From NCBI GenBank assembly GCA_024704765.1, contig JAKMXF010000111.1, positions 1,318,619 through 1,382,618 on the forward strand: 64,000 nt of DNA, in the 5' to 3' direction. Source of the stretch: Oopsacas minuta (Eukaryota; Animalia; Porifera). Below are positions 41,001 to 53,000 of this stretch, piece by piece. The notes beneath the pieces were generated by a model. The model was not told where the DNA came from. It saw nothing but the letters and a program-made list of their open reading frames with translations, and made no database searches. Numbering within the stretch: the stretch's first letter is position 1; each line of letters opens with the position of its first letter. A program made the position numbers and the translations under genes.

Positions 41001-44000
41001 TATTTTGTTACAGTATTTAGCATTTTCTACTATTTAATACTATTTGAATGATTTCACAAAGTTTTATTTCACATAAATGCTATTGCAAGACAACTAATGG
41101 ATATTTATATTGAAATATAGTTACTAATTATATTTGGGTGTAAAGCTTATTATTTAATTTGATATCTTATATCTTACATCAAGTTATAATGGAAAGTAGC
41201 AAATCAAATTAAAGGACAGCCACAGTGGAACTTTACCCTCTACGGCCGTCGAAATTTTTAGTAAAATATATTGCTTTGAGCATGCACCTAGTACTATATT
41301 TAATAGCTCACTACATGGTGGATAATCATTGAAATACTTTACGGTACCTCATCTCTAATACTAAGTATATAATTTTTGAAAAGCATGCTGTGATGTAGAA
41401 ACCCAAACGATGAATGCATATGCATATTGTAAATTGAACCTCTGAGCAACAGTTTACTCTGATTCCGAAAATCTTAGTTAGATTATATTTGAGTTTTCCA
41501 CCTTCATTGTTATACTTACTTGCTATTCGGCTAAGGTTGTAGTTATACATTTTACCGTAGACTAGTATAAAGTTCATTATTTACGTAGCAAACATTCACT
41601 AAGTTCATTCGAGTAGTAGCTTGCAGTTACTAATTAGTAATTACTTAATTAACTAACCTATATTTAGGATATCAGAATGTATATCTATGCTACGTCAATA
41701 ATGAACTAGACACTATGGTAAAATTAGTAACATATTCACAATTAATATCCTGCGTTACATCATGTACCAGATTTGATGGGATATAAAAGGTAGTAACGAA
41801 TCAGAAATCATTCAAATAGTATTAAATAGTAGAAAATGCTAAATACTGTAGCAGAATATTTATATGATCAGACAAGCTTGTACTCACTGTGCTGGATTCT
41901 ACTTCTGAGTTACGGGTTATACTTACTCGCCAAGTTATTCCGCTTCGTGACACGATATAGTTATATAAGATGGAGGCTACCAGGACCTAAACTAGATCAT
42001 CCGATTTTCGGAATGAAATACATAAAAATTGATAAAAAATCTCTCACAAATTTGGAAAACACAATAAAGGATTATCCCAGATTTGGTAGAATGATATATG
42101 GTTCAATTTTCAGTATTATGGTAACAGGACCAGAGGTAGCACAGCAGATATTCAATCAGGTAGAATCAAAGAAAAGTACATTCAATTATATGATGACACC
42201 CTGGTTGGGAAATGGATTGGTTCTCAGTGAAGGAGCAATTTGGAAGAGGAACAGGAAATTATTAACTCCGACATTCTATTATCAAAGTTTAATAAACTTC
42301 GTCAAGATAATGAACAAGTCCAGTGATAGGATGATAGAAGTCATCAATCGAGATAGCAATGGGAAAGATCCAATAGAGTTTGTTCCACTTATCCATAACA
42401 TGACACTAGAAGTTATCCTCAATTGTATATGCTCTAAAGGTTCAGATCTACAGCTCAATATAGATACAAACAGCAGGGAGATGACGTATGTTGAGGGACT
42501 AGAGAAGATCAGACAAGGAATGGAGGAAAGATTTAGTTCATTTTTTAGCATTTTTGACATTATATTTTACAGAAAAAATGTGGGAAAAGAATTCGCTAGA
42601 GGAGCTAAAATGACCAAACAGTATATCGTGTCACTCATTCAAGAGAGAGAAGAGAACCCCAGAGAAGAATCAGATAAATCAGACTACGATATGCTGGATC
42701 TTCTCACGAGGTCACGAGATGAGGAAGGGAACGGTTTAACTCAAAAAGAAATCATTGATGAACTCAATACGTTTGTATTTGCTGGTCACGATACGACTGG
42801 AGCAGCAAGTTCATTCGTGTTCTACCACCTAGCTAAATACCCAGAACTACAAGAGAAGTGTAGAGAAGAAGTATTAAGTGTGATGGGAGGAAGAGATGAG
42901 ATAGAATGGAAAGATATCGCTAAATTTACTTATCTAACTTGTTTCATAAAAGAGACGATGAGACTCTATCCTCCAGGAATCCTTGTTTCGAAAATGCTGA
43001 ACAAACCATTTACGATTGATGGTTATAAGATTCCTGCTAATGTGAGCTTTGATAACTGGATTTACTTTATCCATAGAAATGCTAAACACTGGCCTGATCC
43101 CGATAAATTCGACCCATCAAGATTCAATGATGAAAATATAGAGAAACATCATCCGTATGCATTCATTCCATTTTCTGCTGGTTCTAGGAATTGTATTGGA
43201 CAGAATTTCGCCATGTCTGAGATAAAGATCATTACAGCAAGGCTAATTAAGAACTTTCAAGTATCACTCCAAGATGGCTATGATATAGATTACAAGGTGA
43301 CTATAGTATTGTCACCTTCTGACAATCTGCCTCTCGTATTCAGGCCTTTGTAGAAGTAACTGTATTACATAAATATAGTATGGTATTAATGTAAGTATGT
43401 GCAGTGAACTCAAATTCTAACGTAGTGCTCAGACTCAAGAATTAAAGGAAGATTTTTGGATTTTAGCTTTTATGATAATAAACGGGTTATTCTATTAATC
43501 GGGATTCACCTTACTTTAGAATTCTATTAATAAACAATATGTAAAAGCCCTCAATTATTTCTCACCTGTCTGTAATCCGAGTCCAAACTGAAAAACCGAA
43601 CCAGCGTCTCAGTGAATAGTGTTCCCGCGAATTGTTTTAACTCGAACATGATTCCTTAGAGAATAATGTTACCCCACATATACCTAGTGAATAATGGAAT
43701 ACGCTGAATCCAATTATTCAATTATTATATCAAAGTATTGCGAATATTTAGTATTGCTTCGGTGTATTTTTAAAGTAAACAAATTTCAAAACAGTCTCAG
43801 AAACTTGGTTCAAGTGTTTTACTGGGTTAATCGAGTACGCTGATTTCAAATTTAGCACTTTTAAGTTACTCCACATGTAAGGAATTATTGTTCCTTTAAA
43901 AGTAGTACTAGGCACGAAGTGCGTTCGTCATTTTTCAGCCTCATATAGGGCCGGTACTCAAACACGGGACAGGCCAAAATGCCTCGAATTTATTAGAATA

Positions 44001-47000
44001 TATCCTTCCAACAGTTGAAATGTTATCTACTTACTCAATTATGAAATTCCAACATAGAACCTAGAAATTGGTTTACTTACTCACAAATATGTTACTAGGC
44101 AAATCTTATGTTGGATATCTATCATGTACTAATACTTTTGAATTATAAGTACACATTCTCGAAAAGTGTGCAGTAAGGCCATTATGTGAAATGAGCAACC
44201 AATTTCTATTCAATTAAATGGACAATACAATTGCCCATTTCACTCATTGAGCAATTTGTTTGCAAAATGCATGAAATGAGCAATTTCATGATTTGCGTGT
44301 AACATAAATACAGATTAATTGCGTTTAAATAGCAAAGAATATGCAGCCTTCGTGTTTATTGTCAATTGATGTATATTAGTTATCATCAAAGATCATTTGT
44401 CTATCGGGATTTAGCATATTGGGGTTTTTGTCGTTTGGGTATTGTAATTTAATGGACAAAATCACCCGATTTCAACTGTATTATTATTTCCAACATGGGA
44501 TTTCTTAGTAACATCAAATAACTTAACTTTTTCATTTGTGAAAGTATTTCTACATTCTATCTTGGAATTCATCATTGAGTAACTGCTAGAATGACATAAT
44601 ACATTCGAGGCATTAACAGTGCAAAAAGGTTTGATTGTTCATCCTCTAAAGTCCTAGTGGTAACGTTATGGGAACACTTTTCCTTAGTAACTATGGAGGA
44701 ACACTAGCATACTATTCACTAGAGGGAACCATACTCGCTAGGTATATGTTCGGGGTACATTAGTCTCTAGGGAATCATGTTCGAGCGAACATAATTCAAG
44801 GCATTATTCACTGTGACGCCGTTTCGGTTTTTAGATTGGACTCGGTCTATAGACAGGTTAGAAATATTTGAGGGCTTTCACATTTTGTTTATTAATATAA
44901 TTATATAATACAGTGGATCCCGATTAATAGAATAACCCGTTTATTATAAAAATTTACAATCCAAAACTCTTTCCTTTAATTCTTGTACTATAAAACTCGA
45001 GACCTGAGCACTTCGTTAGAAAGAGAGCTGACTGTACGTACTTACACATATACTATCTAATATATTTATGTTATAGAATTACTTCTATAAAGGCCTGAAT
45101 ACGATGCGCAGATTGTCAGAAGGTGACAATACTACTTTCACAGTGATATCTATATCATAGCCATCTTGAAGAGATACTTGAAAGTTCTTAATTAACTTTG
45201 CTGTAATGATCTTTATCTCAGACATGGCGAAATTCTGTCCAATACAATTCCTAGAACCAGCAGAAAATGGAATGAATGCATACGGATGATGTTTCTCTAT
45301 ATTTTCACCATTGAATCTTGATGGGTCAAATTTATCGGGATCAGGCCAGTGTTTAGCATTTTTGTGGATCAGGGAAGGTGAGATATCTAAGCTCACATTA
45401 GCAGGAATCTTATGACCATCAATTGTAAATGGTTTGTTTAGCATTTTCGAAATAAACATTACTGGAGGATAGAGTCTCATCGTCTCTTTTATGAAACAAG
45501 TTAGATAAGTAAATTTAGCGATATCTTTCCATTCTATCTCATCTCTTCCTCCCATCACACTTAATACTTCTTCTCTACACTTCTCTTGTAGTTCTGGGTA
45601 TTTAGCTAGGTGGTAGAACACGAATGAACTTGCTGCTCCAGTCGTATCGTGACCAGCAAATACAAACGTATTGAGTTCATCAATGATTTCTTTTTGAGTT
45701 AAACCGTTCCCTTCCTCATCTCGTGACCTCGTGAGAAGATCCAGCATATCGTAGTCTGATTTATCTGATTCTTCTCTGGGGTTCTCTTCTCTCTCTTGAA
45801 TGAGTGACACGATATACTGTTTGGTCATTTTAGCTCCTCTAGCGAATTCTTTTCCCACATTTTTTCTGTAAAATATAATGTCAAAAATGCTAAAAAATGA
45901 ACTAAATCTTTCCTCCATTCCTTGTCTGATCTTCTCTAGTCCCTCAACATACGTCATCTCCCTGCTGTTTGTATCTATATTGAGCTGTAGATCTGAGCCT
46001 TTAGAGCATATACAATTGAGGATAACTTCTAGTGTCATGTTATGGATAAGTGGAACAAACTCTATTGGATCTTTCCCATTGCTATCTCGATTGATGACTT
46101 CTATCATCCTATCACTGGACTTATTCATTATCTTGACGAAGTTTATTAAACTTTGATAATAGAATGTCGGAGTTAATAATTTCCTGTTCCTCTTCCAAAT
46201 TGTTCCTTCACTGAAAACCAATCCATTTCCCAACCAGGGTGTCATCATATAAACAAATGTTTTATTCTTTGATTCTACCTGATTGAATATCTGCTGTGCT
46301 ACCTCTGGTCCTGTTACCATAATACTGAAAATTGGACCATAAATCATTCTACAAAATCTGGGATAATCCTTTATTGTGTTTTCCAATTTTGCGAGAGATT
46401 TTCTATCAATTCTTGCGACTTTCATTCCGAAAATTGGATGATCTAGTTTAGGTCCTGGTAGCCTCCATCTTATATAACTATATCGTGTCATGAAGCGGAA
46501 TAACTTGGCGAGTAAGTATAACCCGTAACTCAGAAGTAGAATCCAGCACAGTGACTCATACCATTTATCAAGTTAAATGTAAAATAGCAAATCAAATTTA
46601 GAATAGCTACAGTGGAACCTTTGCAATGATTCTGAAAAGCATACATAGGTTTGGACATTGGTCCCTCATTAACCCTCAGAGGGCAGAATTTAGGATTTTC
46701 CTTAAATAAGCTTGCGTCATCTTCACACCTCGAACATTTTTATTGGAAATTTAGGTCCAAACCTATGCAATGTATGTTAGCGTATTTGTGGAACTTTCAG
46801 TCATTTCGATCTCTTTGATTCCTCAAAACTCAGTGCTATTAGAGGCAGGGACGGATTGTCATGAAATAACCAAGGCTGCAGCGATTGTGTAGAGCCTGCA
46901 GTTATTCAGTATAGTATATGTTAATTGGTTACATAGTTAGTACTTATAATCGTAGATTCTCAGTGTAACGTTATTGCTAAATACTTCACGTTAATTACAG

Positions 47001-50000
47001 TGATATTATTAAACTACATATATTGGTATTTCATAACAGGATCATGGGGTGTGGAGGCCGCTGGGCACCAGCAGAGGTCCCCTCCAACCGCAATAGATCG
47101 CTGTTGTTCATATCTACCGATGCCAAAAGAAGTTTGAGATAGCAGGGACATTTTTGCGAAAAGCTATCTCCCTCTTCTTTTCATTTTTGGTCTTCGTTTT
47201 GGCGCTCCGCTACTACAACGTCGAGTATCCATGATAAACTAATTACGGTGCATGGTGATTGATATGGAAATACAGTGGAACCTGATTAACAACCACCTCT
47301 ATATAGCGGCCACGTGTACATAACAGCCACTTTTGGTCAGTTTGAATAAATATTAAATTATTTCTACATAGGTCATGGCTCATGGGTTATTATTATTAGT
47401 TACTGTATCGTACATTAATGGGTTTTCTCACCCCTTCACTCCTTTTTACATACATATTTTTGTTTAACTCCACTAATTAATTACGTATATGTTGAGTCGC
47501 CTATTAATTAAACAGTTAAATTTTATAGTGTTATTGGTCGCTACCCGACATTGAATAGCCTTCTGTGGTGATACTGGAAAGTTATGTCGCTTTTGGTTAG
47601 TAATCACGGCACTTCTTAATTCTTGCCACTGGTATTAAGAAATTCTGAAAATTTTTAAATTTGGATAATTTAGATTTTTTGTACAGTCATGATGACGTAA
47701 TAATCCCATCATGAGTATGTATTTGGTCAGAATCATGACGTCAGGAGTTTCTCACTTTGAGGGGTATCTGTGCATTCAAATTTCGAACTTCGATCATGTA
47801 TATTGGCTGAGCAGTGGATAATAATGTGATTTTTCAAAAATACAAAGGTGACAATGACGTCATAATTTCGTCATGTGTGTGAATTTTCGTCCAAGATATC
47901 CGAGCCAGGCCAAAAAATACCACTGTGTGCCAAAAATCAACCCTGGGGGTCTTCCAGGTTCTTCAATCAATTCTGGACATACAAACATATATACAGATTA
48001 ATTGCGTTTTATAGTATAGATCAGTGGTTCTCAACCTGGGGTCCGCAGCCCTAAAATGTTTTCGTTATGTTTATTGGCAGGGGTCCGCGGACCCCATAAA
48101 ATGGACCCAAAAGGTCCGCGGAAGAAAAAAGGTTGAGAACCAGTGGTATAGATGATAGATTATTTCCATTAATTGGAATCATGATACATTCTTGTGTTAC
48201 AATGATTAATAAAATCAAGTGAATTTTGATATGTCAATTTGATTCAATTCATTTGCGTAAAAGAAGAATTTTCATTCCATTACTTAACATGAGAGCCACT
48301 CCATAAGCGGAATATAATGTTATTGTCATTCTTAAACCAATTGAATTACTAATTAGTAATTACTTAATTAACTAACCTAAATTTAGGATATCAGAATGTA
48401 TATCTATGCTACGTCAATAATGAACTAGACACTATGGTAAAATTAGTAACATATTCACAATTAATATCCTGCGTTACATCATGTACCAGATTTGATGGGA
48501 TATAAAAGGTAGTAACGAATCAGAAATCATTCAAATAGTATTAAATAGTAGAAAATGCTAAATACTGTAGCAGAATATTTATATGATCAGACAAGCTTGT
48601 ACTCACTGTGCTGGATTCTACTTCTGAGTTACGGGTTATACTTACTCGCCAAGTTATTCCGCTTCGTGACACGATATAGTTATATAAGATGGAGGCTACC
48701 AGGACCTAAACTAGATCATCCGATTTTCGGAATGAAAGTCGCAAGAATTGATAGAAAATCTCTCGCAAAATTGGAAAACACAATAAAGGATTATCCCAGA
48801 TTTGGTAGAATGATTTATGGTCCAATTTTCAGTATTATGGTAACAGGACCAGAGGTAGCACAGCAGATATTCAATCAGGTAGAATCAAAGAATAAAACAT
48901 TTGTTTACATGATGACACCCTGGTTGGGAAATGGATTGGTTTTCAGTGAAGGAACAATTTGGAAGAGGAACAGGAAATTATTAACTCCGACATTCTATTA
49001 TCAAAGTTTAATAAACTTCGTCAAGATAATGAACAAGTCCAGTGATAGGATGATAGAAGTCATCAATCGAGATAGCAATGGGAAAGATCCAATAGAGTTT
49101 GTTCCACTTATCCATAACATGACACTAGAAGTTATCCTCAATTGTATATGCTCTAAAGGTTCAGATCTACAGCTCAATATAGATACAAACAGCAGGGAGA
49201 TGACGTATGTTGAGGGACTAGAGAAGATCAGACAAGGAATGGAGGAAAGATTTAGTTCATTTTTTAGCATTTTTGACATTATATTTTACAGAAAAAATGT
49301 GGGAAAAGAATTCGCTAGAGGAGCTAAAATGACCAAACAGTATATCGTGTCACTCATTCAAGAGAGAGAAGAGAACCCCAGAGAAGAATCAAATAAATCA
49401 GACTACGATATGCTGGATCTTCTCACGAGGTCACGAGATGAAGAAGGGAACGGTTTAACTCAAAAAGAAATCATTGATGAACTCAATACGTTTGTATTTG
49501 CTGGTCACGATACGACTGGAGCAGCAAGTTCATTCGTGTTCTACCACCTAGCTAAATACCCAGAACTACAAGAGAAGTGTAGAGAAGAAGTATTAAGTGT
49601 GATGGGAGGAAGAGATGAGATAGAATGGAAAGATATCGCTAAATTTACTTATCTAACTTGTTTCATAAAAGAGACGATGAGACTCTATCCTCCAGTAATG
49701 TTTATTTCGAAAATGCTAAACAAACCATTTACAATTGATGGTCATAAGATTCCTGCTAATGTGAGCTTAGATATCTCGATTGGCCTAATCCACAGAAATG
49801 CTAGTCACTGGCCTGATCCCGATAAATTCGACCCATCAAGATTCAAGGATGAAAATATAGAGAAACATCATCCGTATGCATTCATTCCATTTTCTGCTGG
49901 TTCCAGGAATTGTATTGGACAGAATTTCGCCATGTCTGAGATAAAGATCATTACAGCAAGGCTACTTAAGAAATTTCAAGTATCTCTTCAAGATGGCTAT

Positions 50001-53000
50001 GATATAGATATCACTGTGAAAGTAGTATTGTCACCTTCTGACAATCTGCCTCTATTATTCAGCCCTTTGTAAAATTTCAATTATTTTGACTAATCTATGT
50101 GGTGTTTATCATAAAAGAGGGTTAGTTGCCCTTGTTTCACCTGTGTATTCATGTGAATTATCACAGCTATATATTATTATGCTATGTTACGTATTTATTT
50201 CCTATATTTCTTCATTCGACATATTATTGCATTAATCAGGATCATATAAATTATATAATATCCTCATTGACAGCGTTTTCTAGGACACTCTTGAGAGTCT
50301 AAGTCTGAGTCTGAGTGTTTTGACGCGATATCAAGTTGTTGATTGGGATATTTCTGGAATTAGCTAAGAATATTGCTTCAATCTGTAGTAAACATAAATA
50401 CAATTAGTGGGTTTACTCTAGCGTCATTGCAATTGTATGCTCAAAGATCCGGGATACGAAATTTCCGGAACAAAAAATCGGTTACCAAAGGTCTGGATAC
50501 AAAGAAAATGCAAAGTTAATTACATTCAATTGATATACAGTAGACTCTCGTTAATACATACACCAGGGGCTGCCGAAATTCGTACACCTTATCCTGAGTA
50601 ATTTACATTGAAAATGCATCGAAGGGGACTGATAAAGTGTACAATGTTTGTACTCCTTATCCGGAGTTCCGCCTTAACCATGTTCGTATTAACGAGACTC
50701 TACTGTACAATGCTGTCGGCACAGATTGTACTTGCAACTTAACATTGTTACTTCAAATCGCCAAGTTTATCTTAAAAGAATACGTACGCAAAGTGGCAAA
50801 AACCTTTAAATGTGTATTTACGAATTGCGCGAATACAGTCTCGTTAATACGAACACGATTAAGGAGTACAAATTTGTACACCTTATCAGTCCCCTTCGAT
50901 GCCTTTTCAATGTAAATTACTTCGGATGATGAGTACGAATTTTTTGGTAGTCCCCTGGTGTACGTATTAACGAGAGTCTATTGTATGCTGCGAGGCAAGG
51001 TAATGAGCAAAATATCTAAAAGTACAATTTTGCCGACAACATTCTATATCAATTGAATATATTCAACCTTGTACTATTAATAATGGGATACGGACACTTC
51101 ACTACATTGTTAGTGTGGCTTTCTAAAGATGCCATATCACTCATGGCATGATTTACCAGTTGTATTTATTACACATTAAAGCTTCGAGAATGAGACTCTT
51201 ACGAAGCATGCATTGCTTGCTTGTCCTACGCGGCTGCGATAACCATTCATGTCCACCTAGGCGCTACCATGCCATGAGTGACGCGACGCAAAAGCTTCTC
51301 ACTATGCTACAGTACAGTACAAATAATACACATAATATAATCAGCAATTAGAAGCAATATTCTTAATCTCTTCCAGTTGGACTAATGCATACTACACAAT
51401 TCGTACAGATGCATTTCCCCCTTTGTAATTATGTTATGTTGTTTCATGCTTCCAGCGCGCCGCGGGGTGAACAATAGTGCAATTTTAATGTATTTCTTTT
51501 GGATTATTTTGCCTCTCTGTTTCTTGTACTCTTTCATGCGTCAAGTCTCAAAAATTCCCGATTTCGAATGGAATTTTAATTGGTCAAAGTGATTAAATAT
51601 TGTTATTTGTTGGGTTGTTATACTTACATTATTGATATTTGTTGTCACTAGACTACATAGACTAATTCCATGAACGTGAAGAATTAGAATTTCATCTTCA
51701 AAGAATATAATGGTTTTCTGATTGAATCGGCATTTTGGGGGGAAAAAACCCGATTCTATTGGGTTGGTCTATTATTACATCCTCTGATACAATATTCACT
51801 TAGGGCCATCTCGCAGAGGAGACTTGGAAATTCTCGGATATGTACTGGTTCAGTGGGCGTGTGGAGTTCTACCCTGGGAGAGTAAGATTACTAATAAAGA
51901 AGTCGTAGCACAGGAGAAAGAGAAGTGAGTAATCTAGCATATTTAATAGTTTCTATTACTTTGAGAGAATTACCTAATGAGATTTCTTTAATTTGAATTT
52001 GCGAACACTTATATCCCTATTTGTTAGGTTTATGAAGAGTCCAGAATTACATCTAAAAAAACTTTTCCCCTCTGGAGGTACTCCATCTTGCTTGCTAGGA
52101 TATTTCTTACAAATATCAAAGCTCGGATATCTACAACAGCCTGATTATGACAAGCTAAGAAACTTATTTTTGAAAGAACTCACAAACCTTAAGATTAACC
52201 CTAGGTCTACATCACATCTAGATTGGCTGCAATCAGCTACACCTGCTAAGCGTAAGAGTCAGTCTGGGCTTATAGAGATGTCTCCTATAGGGAAATCTGC
52301 AGGTATGTAGTACATAATTTCTTTGAGTAACAGGATGCTGGTTAGAAAACTGCTGTTTGCCGATGAAGTATGGGGTTGGCATTTTAACTGCGTAACGTAA
52401 TCGTGGACCATCTCCACACAAGTTCTATATAAAATGACCTACAGCGAGTAATATAGCCTTATAATCACGCATGCTATTGATTTATTGCTTTTCCTTTCAA
52501 ATGATTACCTCTACTACTTACGTACTAGCGCCCTCTCCTGAGAATACGTCCCGAGTGTTGCACTGATTGGCACAAGGTTCGCCACGACACACCCTGCCCT
52601 GATACTAAAAATTAAAAGAATAAGATTGATGTAATTATAATTGACAATGAGAATAAATGACCGATAAGATCATGATAACTCAATAAGCTATTTGCATAAC
52701 TAATTACTAACAATTAGTTGTGCTAGCTCTCAGTAGAGATTACTAATACATTGTACTAAGCTAAAGGTTTGTAATAGAGATCGGGTTGTAGCTATCACTG
52801 TGTCTGGTTCTGACACTCAGGGGGTTTGTCTGGAGTTCTCCCTGGAACAAAATCCGGGTCATTGTCGGAATTGTACTCCCCCTCTCCTTCCCCTGACTCT
52901 ACACTCTCTTCCTGATCCGACTCAACCTGATCTATCTCCCCAGTGAAGTATAGAACTGCTCGAGAGATAACTTTCTCTTTTATTATCTCTCCCAGTGTGA

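Noticed and set aside
47040-47240. Minus-strand MDTRR.SSGA.KRR segment resembling a hAT transposase start
   Set aside because: Stops after about 20 codons; too little to call.
40299-49279. Four near-identical 92-aa antisense ORFs (40299, 42282, 45878, 49001)
   Set aside because: Shadow frames of the duplicated P450 core; their conservation follows from CDS identity.
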